Source: Halocafeteria seosinensis (lineage: Eukaryota). From it: 64,000 nt of DNA. The notes beneath the pieces are model-generated. The model was given only the letters and a program-made list of their open reading frames with translations. It did not search any database and was not told the DNA's origin. Positions 1 through 12,870 of the stretch are shown in pieces. Both the position numbers and the translations under genes were made by a program. The DNA is taken from positions 62,001 to 126,000 of the forward strand of contig LVLI01000020.1 of NCBI GenBank assembly GCA_001687465.1. Reading direction: 5' to 3'. The stretch's first letter is position 1; each line of letters opens with the position of its first letter.

Positions 1-225
1 TACAAGCGGAGATCACTAGGCAATGACGTATACGCCCTTGCATTGTCGCCTACGAGTTGGATAGATGTCAACTTCATTCAGTAGTTGTATAAAATGGCAT
101 ATATTATTCAATCATAACACACTGTATCAGGCACAGATTAAACAAGAAAAGGAGAATTCTTCGTTTGTCTTGCCATACAAACCAGTCTAACAGGCATGCC
201 ATAAGTACAACAAGAGGAAGCCAAG

Positions 226-2186
226 ATGTTCAAGTGCTTGCAGACAATGGTGCACAGGAGCTCGTCTCGATTCCTCAGTGGCTACAGATCTTTACGACAC
301 AGAACGCACAGTCGCACAATTGTCTACAGAGGAATCCAAAGGGCCTTCAGTGTTACAGGGACAGGAGAACCGACAGATACAAGCAATACTGGAGATGGAT
401 CCCACCAGGTGGAAATGTTTCGGAATCCCGTGGAGGGGAATCGGATGATGTCGTCGATTATTATTGACAACTTGGGAAATGTTGTCGAGAAGGAATTTGG
501 CTGGAGGGAACTCAAAGATATCTCGGGTCTCCCGATACGAGATTTACTACGTCTGGAAGAGAAACATGATATACCGCAGTTCCATATCCTGCCCCGAAAC
601 TCGTGCATCATGCTCTGTCTTTCGCACTTTCGAGCATTAGTCTTTGCGGAAGAAGTCATGATTTTCAACAAGAAAGGTACGGTACGGCCCCTTCCAGGAA
701 GTATTACTGAACTTAACGAAACCTCTGTTGTCACCACAGGCAAACACGTGATGGGACTAACAACCAAGCTGAAGAGGGAGATACAAGTATATGCCAGACA
801 TATATCTGCACGTTTTCACACCGATAAGGAGTCCATTCATACTAATGTTGACCCCATGCACCAAGATAGGGCACTGCAGGAGCGAATGAATGAAATTCGT
901 ATGGAAATGCCATTTGAGTTTACCGTTTTGGACTTTTGCCTTCGAGAAATGATCAATATGTATGCCAACAGAGTGGTCATTATGCATCCGCTGGTACAAA
1001 ATGCATTGAGAGAATACGGTGTGGATGGTCACCATAGCGAAGCCAGCAGAAGACTGATAGCATTGTTTCCTCTTCGAAACACTCTGTATCATTTCGTTCG
1101 AGTGAACGAAAACATCGAACACGGGCTACGAGTAAGCTTGTTGGCTGGGCCGTCCAATGGAAGCGACTTGTAGTTTGTCATGCATAATGTTCACACTGTT
1201 GACGCAGAATCTCCTAAATGATGAGCAGTATCTTCGAGAAATGTGCCTGACAGAAAAGCATGTTGACCAAGGAGTGCTTGGTCGCCCCACTGAAGTGTCG
1301 CAAAATACCATTCTTTCCCTCGAAGCACTACTGGAGTCGCATCATCAAAAAGTGACCGAAACGCATCAGTCAGCGGATCAACTGTCCAGAAAAATATCTC
1401 TAAAACAGGAAACCATAAATCTACAAATGGATGCATACAGGAATTACGTGATGTCTAGGAGTCTGGAGATACAAATCGCTGGTGTTGGGATATCTGTCGG
1501 GACGTTTATTGTGGGCAGTTTCGGTAAGAGATACCATTCCCTACTGCCGTTGATAACCAAGCCCTGACATGTCTCATTTGCATTGTATCGGGACTTATTT
1601 TATCGTTGGCTGCGCAGGAATGAATCTCCAGAGTGGCGTCGAACACCTTCCTTACTCCATGTGGATTGCTTCGGTCGTTAGCGCACTAGTTGCGACTTCA
1701 TCCGCCTGGACGTACCTCCGGTATGTCAAGCGTATGTCTCCCGTACAAATACAGGGCCGCCGCGGAGATAATTTATGGAGGTTGCTGGATACGGGGACAT
1801 CGACTATCCTTAATAGTTCGGACACTACAGTGTCAGAAGAGCGGTTTCGGAAGCTGTGTAGAGACATCACAGGTAAGGACTGCACACACCTATCTCTGCG
1901 CGCTCATATTACATGGTGCCTGGTTCTACTCCTACAGGGCGCGAGCCATCAGACAATGAGATCCGGGTTGTATTCGATATTTTCGATGCTAATGGAGACG
2001 GGAAATTAGATGTAGAGGTGAGTTGGGCCGATAACCTCCCTGAGTGCTCACATGGTTACATGCTGTCTCTATGAACAGGAAGCTCTCGGTGTGCTCGAGC
2101 ATAGCGGTACCATGAATTGGGAAACGCCCGAATCGAGTACATCACTGTTCGATGAAGCTTTTGACTTCAAGAAGGAGGGGAAATAA
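226..2186 (+). CDS. MRS2: Mitochondrial CorA/MRS2-family Mg2+ channel with C-terminal EF-hand (multi-exon)
   Basis: Arg/Ser-rich presequence; 'LPIRDL', 'MPFEF' and 'EMCLT' motifs; GMN signature formed across a splice (TTC G|gtaaga...gcag|GA ATG AAT); later exons give 'VFDIFDANGDGKLDVEEA'; stop at 2184-2186. Confidence 0.85.
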
Positions 2187-2291
2187 TTCTAACCTTCAAC
2201 AAGTTGCACACTGGGAAGATTGACGTTCGAGAGCATCGGGTCAGCATTACGTTCTCTTAGTTACTTTGAAGGGTCTACGACAGCGAAATTC

Positions 2292-3578
2292 CTAGAAGTT
2301 CATTGTTCGAACGCTGTTTAGAAAGCTACTTTGATTCTTAGGTATCCGCTGTCTACTACCGGCTCCTGAAGCTCGCATCTGTTGTTGCTTCCGAACTTCC
2401 TCTTGTGGATCCTTTCTCATTTCTTTTTCGACTTGAGGTAACACCTTCTTGACGTAGTCTACAAATTCTCGATCTCGAAAATTATACGGGATATATACCG
2501 TGTTAGTTTCCGCAATGAAATCGTACGAGGCTGATAAAACTAGATTAATTATTCCCCATGTTCCACTAAACAATTGCAGTGCGTCGAAGTAGCGATACAT
2601 CGCATCCGCTAGTCTGCCTACAGCTTCCGCCCGTTGTTCATTATCAATAAATTCGGTGCGAACCCGTCGAGAGATGTAATTCCCTACGGCTGCGTTCCGT
2701 TGTTGTTCTGTAAACACTGATAGTTGGTGCATTGCTATGTCTTGAAAGCCGTGAGCCTTGCCTTGCACGATTGGAGACATATGCTGAATGTTGCTTCGCA
2801 TCAAATCCTCCGCGGATGGTTCCTTAGGTTTCTTCCTGGAGTAGGGCCTCTCTTTTTGATATTGCTTTTCTTTCAAAGCCTCCTGTATCTCTTCACTTAA
2901 CTCCACTTCCAAATCTACTCCAATTTGCCGTAGAACGTCACTAATCATTCTCCGGCTCAGTGCCAACCACTTGATTTGATTCTTCGGGTTTTTCTGTTGT
3001 TGGAGAGACTTTTGCGTCTGAAATAAGAGATCTGAAGGGATGAGTAACCTGTATTTCATCTGGTTTAATTCATGTTTACCACTTGGGGAATTGTTGCCTT
3101 TCTGCTCAAAGTAGAATTGAAAGCGATACACTTGCTTCATGTGAGCAAAGTCTTCTCCATATTTCACTTTGGAGAAATCCGTTGATTCCGATGACAGTGT
3201 CCTTAATTTCTCTAAAATGTCCATAAATTCGGCTAAAGACCTCTGATTCGTCTTGATGTGCTCATCGGCGTACTGATGAATTCTATCCGGGTGAACCCGA
3301 AGCACGAATTTACGGGCCAGAGGCTCCAGGTCCCTAAATGACGCCACCGCCACAGTTTTCTGCTGCTGTTGCTCTTGTGTCTGAGAGTGAGATGATGCTG
3401 CTGGTGATCCTGCTGGCGCAGTGCTCCCTGAACGCACACTGGAGCGTGGTAAAGAAGCATACGATGCTCCCAGTGTCACTGGCATGGGAGGCTGCGTTGC
3501 TGCAGACACGCCATGGACACGTCTGTAGCCTCCCAGGCAAATTCTTAGCATACGCCTTCGAATGTATAGGGACGCCAT
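2292..3578 (-). CDS. TCAIM: DUF4460/TCAIM-like mitochondrial J-domain-related protein
   Basis: 428-aa intronless ORF with presequence-like N-terminus and 'RKFVLRVHPD...NQRSL' motif. Confidence 0.7.
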   Translation of the reverse strand: MASLYIRRRMLRICLGGYRRVHGVSAATQPPMPVTLGASYASLPRSSVRSGSTAPAGSPAASSHSQTQEQQQQKTVAVASFRDLEPLARKFVLRVHPDRIHQYADEHIKTNQRSLAEFMDILEKLRTLSSESTDFSKVKYGEDFAHMKQVYRFQFYFEQKGNNSPSGKHELNQMKYRLLIPSDLLFQTQKSLQQQKNPKNQIKWLALSRRMISDVLRQIGVDLEVELSEEIQEALKEKQYQKERPYSRKKPKEPSAEDLMRSNIQHMSPIVQGKAHGFQDIAMHQLSVFTEQQRNAAVGNYISRRVRTEFIDNEQRAEAVGRLADAMYRYFDALQLFSGTWGIINLVLSASYDFIAETNTVYIPYNFRDREFVDYVKKVLPQVEKEMRKDPQEEVRKQQQMRASGAGSRQRIPKNQSSFLNSVRTMNF

Positions 3579-3757
3579 TGTGTGGTTGCATACATTAGAC
3601 GACCTTGAGCATCACACAACAACCCGACAACTCTAGAGTCAACTACAGAGTACTGACATTCACATAACTGGAATGATGCATAATTCAACTGTATCGTGTT
3701 TTCTGTTTATTCCCTGAGTATACAATCTTCTATCTACTATCTTCGCTATCCTTGTCC

Positions 3758-6304
3758 TTACGTAGGCGGGTGGTCGTATCCAAGGACTTCGAACAGATGG
3801 AAACGACCGACCTGTTTGATGCGCTTTAATTGGTTATCCAGGTAGAGATCCGGATCAAAGTCCTCTTTTGATTCATCCCGAGGAAATTCTCGTGGGTGCT
3901 CTGCTAAGACGTACCGTACACCCCACCTCCGAAGTAGGCCATATACCTGGCCATCACTTTCCTTCAACAAATTGCTCAAGATGAACTCCCGGTCTCGGTG
4001 CCGCTCATGGTAGTCATAACCATGGCTCCACATCCAACCGGCAAAGGAGACTAAGCACGGCCTGCCAGCATAGAAACCGGCCGGGGTAAGATGAGTATCT
4101 CGGTGAAGAGTGACACCTTTAGGAGGCAATTCATTCCTCATATATTCTCCAACAGCAATTGAATCGGGATCGTATAGAACATTGAACAACCTGTATTCCC
4201 TCGTCACACTGAGAGCACCAGAGTAGCACGAATAGTACATAGCAAGAGGTGTGAAAGCAACGAAGCATGCTGCCAGAGCTAGCGCTGCTGTTTTGTGTTT
4301 CAAGAACCCCAAGCTTGGCACTGCAAGCTTTTGGCGCATCAGCTCTTCGTCGGCTCCAGTCACAGACTTTCCATTCGAACGAACGGCATCGTCGTGTTTC
4401 TTCTGTGTGCCTCTGGCATCTTCATACTTCTTCGTGAGATGTAAATACAAATGCTCAAATGGGAAAACTAACAATTTCCCCGACAACTGCAAGCATATAA
4501 ACAGTGCAATGTAGAGCAGCTTGCAATTGTCCCTGTCCCACGGTTGGAGCATCACGTAGTTTCCGAACGCCCATACAGCAGCTCCAGACAATGCCAATTT
4601 AAACGTATCCAAAACCCTTCCACGGTTATGCTCTTCACACATACTTTCCCACTTAATTGCGAAGTCCTGGATGGGAGCGTAATACCAGGAGACAGTGTGT
4701 ATAAGCTCGTTCAAACCTTCTTCTTCCTCGGGAGTAGGAATCTTCCTCAACAAGCCACCATACCCGTACGCTATTGTCGGGGTCTTTTTCCCGTTAGTGG
4801 AAGAGCCATCTGACTCCGCGAATGTCTCTGTGGGATCTCGTGCAACACTGTCTGGAACACTGAAGCTACCAGAGTTCGAGCTAAAGCTAGACTTGAGCAG
4901 GTTGACAGTGCTGACGCACGCCTTTATGGCTGGCCATGACCACCAAAGCAGAGCAGCCGTGGCTATGGGTACCATCGGCCCTGTTGCTCTCCACCAAAAC
5001 CACCAATAGTTCTTGAAATTTGCAGGATAGGAGAACGGCGGTGGGGACCAGATCGGCCTGAAATCCATAAATGTCCCAGATCCTTGTGGCCCTCCTTCTA
5101 GGACGGTGCCCAAATAACCTGATAGCTGTGGTACAGCTAAAGCAACAGTAACGATTCCAGCTGGAATCCAACCAAGCAAATGCACTGGGTGAGCCAACCA
5201 AGTTGGCGACTCTAGCAGAAATAGCAGTCCGATGAGAATGCCCAAGGCAATGAACGAATGGGCCTGTACCAACGGTAGCGAAGCAGACAATGTACCGGCA
5301 AGGAGAAGATAGCCTCGACGTTCAGCATTTGTTAAGATCGCCGACTCTGGAGCATGAGAATTTCTTTGATGGTAGTTTTTCGTCGGGGAGGTCGCAGCCC
5401 ATACAAGCATTAGTATCGTCAGTACCATTGGATAGGCGAATGTGGCACCTCTTTGAGGAAAGTAAACATGAGGTAAGAACGCAAACCAAAATACTTGGCC
5501 CTTGTCACCAACGTCATCCTGAATGGGGTCGAATTCCATCATGATCCGTTCAAAATCATACTTCCTTGAAAGATTGATCCCGCCCATTCCACCAGCTACG
5601 ATAATTAGGATAATGGCTACCGTAGCAGCGAGATCAGATCGAACCATTCGTCGCCCTACTGAGAAAAGAAGTGCAACAAGGGAGAAAAACATGGCAATTC
5701 CCGGAAGCATCATGGCGAAACGCATTGGGTCGCCCATGTACTTCAAGATAGCGGCATGCCAGTCCGGTAAGAAAGGGTACGCCATTTTCTCCCCAGCAAA
5801 CACGGGACTGTACATGTCACTGAAGGCCACATCTTGATTACGTCCATACAGGAAGGAATGCGCAATGTGCAGATGGATGGCAAGATCTGACCAGCAACTG
5901 CCACCCGAGTAAACGTTCCCGTGTTCATCTTCGGGGAGGAATCGGCTGCTGAAGAGGGGCACGACAAAAGCACCCCAGCCTGCTAAATTCACCCAGAGTA
6001 CCCAATCTCTCTTTAATTCACGTTTTAGGCCACCAAAAGCCCCGGGGGCCTTTTCTTTGAATGGCGCAAAGTAGTCCCATCCAATGTAGAAAAGCCCAAT
6101 GGTGGCAATGGACAGGGTCATGAAACTTATCTCGTGCAGTAGACATGATACGAGAAAAGTAATCCATGCTCCCCCTATCGTACCGACAGGAATGGACGCG
6201 AAAAACACCTCTGTAAGCGTAAATCGAGGATACAATTTGCCTGTGAGAACGATAAAGGCTACCGCGATGGTGCCCAACCACCATAAAGTACCCCAGAGAA
6301 TCAT
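3758..6304 (-). CDS. Multi-pass membrane protein, putative GT-C-fold glycosyltransferase, paralog A (no intron)
   Basis: 848-aa ORF with many hydrophobic helices; motifs 'WSDLAIHL', 'YPFLPD', 'PQRG', 'WDRDNCK', 'WSHGY' shared with the two adjacent paralogs. Confidence 0.7.
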   Translation of the reverse strand: MILWGTLWWLGTIAVAFIVLTGKLYPRFTLTEVFFASIPVGTIGGAWITFLVSCLLHEISFMTLSIATIGLFYIGWDYFAPFKEKAPGAFGGLKRELKRDWVLWVNLAGWGAFVVPLFSSRFLPEDEHGNVYSGGSCWSDLAIHLHIAHSFLYGRNQDVAFSDMYSPVFAGEKMAYPFLPDWHAAILKYMGDPMRFAMMLPGIAMFFSLVALLFSVGRRMVRSDLAATVAIILIIVAGGMGGINLSRKYDFERIMMEFDPIQDDVGDKGQVFWFAFLPHVYFPQRGATFAYPMVLTILMLVWAATSPTKNYHQRNSHAPESAILTNAERRGYLLLAGTLSASLPLVQAHSFIALGILIGLLFLLESPTWLAHPVHLLGWIPAGIVTVALAVPQLSGYLGTVLEGGPQGSGTFMDFRPIWSPPPFSYPANFKNYWWFWWRATGPMVPIATAALLWWSWPAIKACVSTVNLLKSSFSSNSGSFSVPDSVARDPTETFAESDGSSTNGKKTPTIAYGYGGLLRKIPTPEEEEGLNELIHTVSWYYAPIQDFAIKWESMCEEHNRGRVLDTFKLALSGAAVWAFGNYVMLQPWDRDNCKLLYIALFICLQLSGKLLVFPFEHLYLHLTKKYEDARGTQKKHDDAVRSNGKSVTGADEELMRQKLAVPSLGFLKHKTAALALAACFVAFTPLAMYYSCYSGALSVTREYRLFNVLYDPDSIAVGEYMRNELPPKGVTLHRDTHLTPAGFYAGRPCLVSFAGWMWSHGYDYHERHRDREFILSNLLKESDGQVYGLLRRWGVRYVLAEHPREFPRDESKEDFDPDLYLDNQLKRIKQVGRFHLFEVLGYDHPPT

Positions 6305-6729
6305 TTTACCACGGCTCTCGGAGTGCTCCCGTCATTCTTTGTCACGTAGAAGCCACTCAAATCTGCTGAAAACTTCGTTCTGAAGGAAAGCCCCCTTCAC
6401 TTGTTCTATCAAGAAAACTGTGGACGAGGACAAAGATAGGGGGAGACGCAAGGGAACAAAAAAGGCGGGGAGAGACAAAGATTGCTGCTAAACGACAATC
6501 TTTCCTTCGAGGAATTCAAGCACCCAAAGAAAGTTACGCCGCAAGCGGAAGCACGATAGCTACCGAATAGCCTGTGATTCTGACAGTCGCAAAGCGCCCA
6601 TGACGAAGTGAGCTCAACTGGTATCGTAGTGTTATATGGGGATACGATATGTTGAAAAGCTAACGTGCTCAACAGATGTTGGTACAGTGTCCATTAAGTA
6701 CGCCATCTTGCCAAGTAACCTATCTGCTA

Positions 6730-9325
6730 TTATTGAGGCGGGAAGCCATACCCTAAGACTTCAAACAAATGGTAGCGACCAGCTTGGTGTAGTCGCTTCA
6801 GCTGTCCATCAAGGTACAAATCTGGGTCGAATCCCTCTTTTTGCGTATCGCGAGGGTGCTCTCGCGGCCGTTCCGACAAAACATAACGCACACCCCAACG
6901 CCGTAAAGCACTATATACTTCAGGGTCACTATCTTTCATTAGGTTGGGTAAAATGAACTCGCGGTCGCGATTCCGGTCGTGGAAATCATAGCCATGAGAG
7001 GATACCCATCCTGTATACGACACCAACACCTGTCTGCCGGCGTAGTATCCCGCAGGAGACAAATGAGTGTCATCATGTAAGGTAACACCACGAGCAGGAA
7101 TATTATGGCGCATGAACTCGCCGATATCCTGGCCTTCCTGATCGTACATTACATGGAACGACGTGTACTCGTGCCGTATACTCATGATGCCAGAGAAAGT
7201 AGCGTAGTAGAGAAGAACGGGAACAGCAAATGCACCCACACCAGCCAGAATCCACATCTTACTCTTTGACTTCAGAGACCCTAAAGCAGGTACACCAAGC
7301 TCTGGTTCTACAAGGCCTGATGTGCCGTTCTGGACACCATTTGTGTGGGCATCGTCGTCCCGTTTTGCATGGGATATAGCAATATCTTTGTATGTACCAC
7401 GATGTAACGCATATAAATGCTCAAACGGAAAAGTGAGCATTTTCGCAGAGAACGGCGACATAATGAACAGAGCCACGTATAAAACCTTGCAGTTGTCTCG
7501 ATCCCAAGGTTGCAGTATCACAAGGTTCGCGAACATCCATAGCACGGCTCCACAAAAAGCAAATTTTGCAGAGTCAACAAGCCTCCCCTGATTGTGCTCC
7601 TGGATGGCTTGTTCCACTTGCAATGCAAACTTCTGAACGGGGGCATATCTTTGAGAAAATTCCTGCATAATCTCGAGTAAACCATCGTCTTCATCACCCT
7701 TAAGCTTTCGTTTACCGCCGTATTGATATATTTCTCGTTTTTCCGAGGCAGTCGAGCTGCCACCTTCACTGTCTTCAGAAGAATCGTCCAAAATTGGAGA
7801 CTGCGCTCCGTTGCAGGACGCTGTGTGCTTCTTTCCCCCTTTCACTTTGAGGTGGAGAACGGATTTAGCTACTCTATATAGGGGAACAGACCACCAAATC
7901 AGAGCCCCCGTGAAGAGATAAATTGCGGGACCTAAAGAGTTCCACCAGAACCACCAGAAGTTCAGAAACGTAGGCTCAATAGTATTGGTGTGTGACCAAA
8001 TAGGACGGAAGCTCATAAAGGTCCCTTCCCCGTCAGGTCCCCCGTAAAGCGCTGTACGAACAAAAGATGACAGCTGAGGCAGCGACAGGAACAGCGTGAC
8101 AACACCAGCGCTTATCCATCCTAAAATCTGTAAAGGATGGGCGAGCCAGGATGGTGCTTCAATAACGAAAAGTAATCCAATTATGATTCCCAACGATATA
8201 AACGAGTGTGCTTGCACCATTGGCAGACTTGCCGCAAAGATACCCGCCATCATAAGAAGACTAGAACGTTCAGAGTTTGTGATGGGTGAAGCATTCAAAG
8301 ACATTGTGTTCTTCTTGAAGAAGTGCTTCGAGGGAGCAATCACAGTCCACATTATCAGCAGAATCGTAAGAACCATCGGGTAGGCAAACGTTGCGCCTCT
8401 TTGAGGTAAATATACGTGGGGAAGAAATGCAAACCACAAAACGCCCATTTTCCCATCAGCATGGTCTTGCATCGGATCCATTTCGTATATCACTTTCTCA
8501 TACGGGAATACTTTTAGAAGCGAAATAGCACCCATTCCTCCTGCAAGGATGGTGAGCATGATACCGACTGTAGATGCAAAATCCGTACGCACTAGGCGTT
8601 TCCCAAGGAGGAATAGCAATCCAACTAGGGAAAAGAACATGGCAATGCCTGGATCCATCATGGCGTGGCGCATCGACGACCCCATCCAATATAAAACAGC
8701 GGCATGCCAGTCTGGCAAAAAAGGATAACTCATCTTCGCTCCAGCGAATATGGGGCTGGATAAATCAAAGAAGGACACATCTTGATTTCGTCCATATATA
8801 AATGAATAGGCCATATGGAGATGGATCGACAAGTCTGACCAACAACTTCCTCCAGAATATACGTTGCCTTTTTCGTCTTCTGGGATGAACCTTGTTTGGA
8901 AAAGGGGGACTACGAAGTACCCCCATACAATTATATTCAGCCATAACATCCATTGGCTCTTGGCCTCAGCAATAGCATTGTGCAGTAGAATAGGCGCTTG
9001 TTTCCGAAACGCCGGTAGAAATTCCCACGTCACGCCCAGTATCAGAATAGTGGAGAGCGTTAACGATAATTTACTGCGGAGAGAGAGTCCGCATCGCCGT
9101 AAGGGTAATGTTCTATACTAATGCGTCAATTAGCCAAACAGAGGAAACATACCTGATTTCATTCAATAAACAGCTCACCAAATATGTCGCCCAGGCGCCT
9201 CCAATCGTCCCCACAGGAATAGAGGCGAAGAGGATTTCTGTGAGTGTAAAGCGAGGATATAGCTTCCCGGTCAGCGCCGCAAAGGCGGCGCACATAGTGC
9301 TTATCCACCATAGAATACCAAGCAT
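6730..9325 (-). CDS. Putative GT-C-fold glycosyltransferase, paralog B (exons 9325-9153, 9073-6730; 838 aa)
   Basis: Colinear similarity to paralog A; 79-nt gtatgt...cag intron at 9074-9152 restores the frame. Confidence 0.7.
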
Positions 9326-10046
9326 CTTTGGAAATTGACGAGTATAGCGTCAATGAGGCAATATAACCCTTCCACCAGCACCACAGACTCCCCCTGTCGT
9401 GTCGTGCTGTTTCTGTGGTAATCTAATTCACCCAACCGGGTGAGTGCGCAGGCCACGCCAATTCAATGACCTAGTAGGAGGGCGATACAGACGTCAATTT
9501 GGTCAAACACTCTAGAAAAGGCCAATACTATGGACTTTTCTTCATCGAGAGCCAGACGACAGTTTTTCGAGTCACGCTCAGCTTCACAACAGCAGCAGCG
9601 GGTTGAAAGTTTCAATTTGAAAGGGTTGTAGTACAACAACAGCAGGATGTGAAGCAACAACTGTGGGAATCCGTGTCCACCACGACATTTCGACGGATAA
9701 AGTTAGCACCACCGTAAAGCGTGTATGCGGAGTTGTTCACATGAATTATGGCTTTCCTTCATACTGTAATACTCGTCTTGTATAGAAACCATTCATTGTT
9801 ACTGGCCATAAAGAATACCACACTACTACTGTACTAGGCGAAGTAGTTGTTACGGCTGACTTCGCAGAAGTTCCGAGGGACTAGGAGTGGTCTGACCGGT
9901 ATGAGTTGATACAAAAGTGGCACGATGAAAAGGAAAGCATTGGTAAAACGAAAAAGAAAAATGAGCAATTTTCCATCAAACGGCTATAGTGTCATAGTAA
10001 CATTACTTGTCACTCTGTAGACCACTGCGTATGGCAGTTGGCCTTA

Positions 10047-12683
10047 TTAGTGAGGCGGGAAGCCATAACCTCGTACTTCAAAGAGTTGATAACGACCTGA
10101 AGTGTGAAGCCGCTTTAATTTTCTGTCTAAATACATGTCTTTCGGAGAGGTAGATCTGCGTCTACCGCGACGACTCCTTCGCATGTTGTTAGACGGATGC
10201 TCCCGTGGGTTCTCAGCCAAGACATACCGCACGCCCCATTTTCGAAGTAAAGAGTAGGTATGGCGGTCACTCTCTTTTAGTAAGTTTGCCATTATGTGTT
10301 CACGATCACGATGTCGCTCGTGATAGTCATACCCATGCGAAGAAGTCCAGCCTGAAAGTACATGCAAAAACATTCAATAATTCAAAAAACTCAATTCCGC
10401 GACCGTGATTGCACGCACCTGTATAAGCGACAAGAGACTGCCTCCCAGCATAAAAGCCAGCAGGACTCAAATGCGTGTCGTCGTGCAGCGTTACACCCTT
10501 GGGAGGCAGTTCGTTACGCATATACTCTCCTATGTCGACTGCATGTTTATCGTACATGACATGAAATAAGTGATACTCGCGGACTATGCTAAGGCCACCC
10601 GAGAAGCAGCTGTAATACAGGAGTACTGGTCCAAGCAGAACACTTATCCCTGCAAGCACCATACTGATTCCCCTATGCCTTAGTAGCCGACAAGGAGGTA
10701 CCCCAAGCTCTCCATAGAAATTTCCTGGTATACTGCCGTTCAAAGAAGCTGAAGAATCCCCATCAGTACGCTTGTGTGCAGCATTTGATATCGTCTGGTA
10801 AGCTCTTCGAAACACCATATAAGTATGCTCGAGAGCAAACATGAGAAGTTTCGCCGAAAACGGAGTGAGTAAGAACAGTGCTATGTAAAGGATTTTGCAA
10901 TTATCCCGGTCCCATGGTTGGAAAATGATTAGGTTGGAAACAAACCAAAGTGCTAAGCCACAGAACGCGAATTTGAATGCATCAAAGACAAACCCATCGT
11001 TGTGACGCTGGGCGATTTCTTCAACCCTCAATGCAAATTTTTGAACAGGCTCGTATTCTTTAGCAGACCACGCCAGTAGTCGACGCAGTAGCATGTCTTC
11101 GTCGTGAGCAATAGGGCGCTTTCCTCCGTACTGATAGATCTCAGTAGAGTCATCAACGTTGTCTAGCAGCTCCTTTCTTTTGGATTCTACTATTTTATCG
11201 TTTTCCGTTGACGACTTTGAAGCAGTGGCGGTTCTAAAACACTCTACCACTACTTGAAGGGCGGGAACAGACCACCATAAGAACGCCAAAGTGAACAACG
11301 GGACAGCAGCTCCTAGACTATTATACCAAAACCACCAGTAGTTCCAGAAAGTAGGAGGGATGGTAAACGTATGCGACCATATGGGGCGAAAACTCATAAA
11401 TGTTCCTTGCCCGTCCGCCCCACCGTACAGAGCCGTTGTCAAGAAGTTCCCTAATTGGGGAGCTGAAAGTACAAACGCAGCAACCGCTGCACCGAGCCAG
11501 CCAAACAGTTGTACTGGATGACCCATCCATCTCGGGAATTCAAAGAGGAACAGAATGCCTATAGTCAATCCCAAAGCCACAAACGAGTGCGCTTGTACCA
11601 GAGGCAAACTGGAGCAAAACACAGCAGCAACCATTAGCAAGCGCGATTTCTGCGTATCATCTGATACACTTTGATTCTTCGTGTCCTTGGTTTGGTTACA
11701 CGTGACGACATTCCACATCAGCAAGAAGACGACGAGAACCATAGGATACGCAAACGTAGCGCCTCGTTGAGGCAAAAAAATGTGCGGCAAAAAGGCAAAC
11801 CAAAGCACACCACCTTTTTGGTGAGCTGTATCCTGGATCGGATCATGAAACATCATAATCTCATTAAATGATTTTTCCCTTACTAGACTGAGTCCACCCA
11901 TTCCGCCAGCCAAAATGACAAGTCCAATACAGACCGTAGCCGCCAAGTTGGAGCGCACAAGACGCCTCGTTAAACAATACATGAGTCCAACAAACGCAAA
12001 AAACAGTGCTATCCCCGGGTTCATCATTGCATGCCTCATTGGACTACCAATCCGATATAAAACGGCGGCGTGCCAATCAGGAAGAAAGGGATACGCCATT
12101 TTAGCCCCTGCAAAGATTGGGCTCATCAAGTCGTAGAATGAGACATCGCTGTTCCTTCCGTATAGAAATGAGTAAGCCATGTGTAGATGAATAGACAAAT
12201 CTGCCCAGCAGCTTCCTCCCGAAAAGACGTGTCCGTGATCATCTTCTGGGAGATATCTGGTCTGATACAACGGCACCACAACATAGCCCCAAACGGCCAA
12301 GTTCAGCCACAGTAACCAATTCTCTTTCGCTTCTGTGGAGACATCCGCTAGAGCACGCTTCCATTTCGTCCGAAATTCTGGTATGAACTCCCACGTGATG
12401 AGAAGCACCGCAATGGTGGAGGCGACAATGGAAACATCGCTGCAGTGCGTAAAAGCCCATCAAAGATACCAGCCATATCCATTCGGACCACAATAACCCA
12501 CACTTACCTGATTTCATTGAATAGACAGCTCACGAGGTAGCTCACCCAGGCGCCGCCAATGGTGCCCACGGGTATGGAGGCGAAAAGTATCTCTGTCAGC
12601 GTGAAATGAGGGTAAAGTTTGGCTACTAAACTGACGAAAGCGGCACACATGGTGCCTATCCACCACAACTGTCCCAGCATCAT
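10047..12683 (-). CDS. Putative GT-C-fold glycosyltransferase, paralog C (exons 12683-12508, 12439-10419, 10351-10047; 833 aa)
   Basis: Colinear similarity to A and B; GT-AG introns at 12440-12507 and 10352-10418 join three ORF pieces in frame. Confidence 0.7.
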
Positions 12684-12870
12684 TGTGCATCAAACAAGTA
12701 TTAAACGAGGAGAGAAGACAACATACACTGGCGTGTATCACTATTGGTACAGTCTACTGTACACAATCAACCCAATGGACTCTCCAGAAAGTATCATACT
12801 AAAATACTTCCATCCCATATACAGTGATTGTTGTTGCCACACATGTTCATACCTTATTATTATGTTATAA

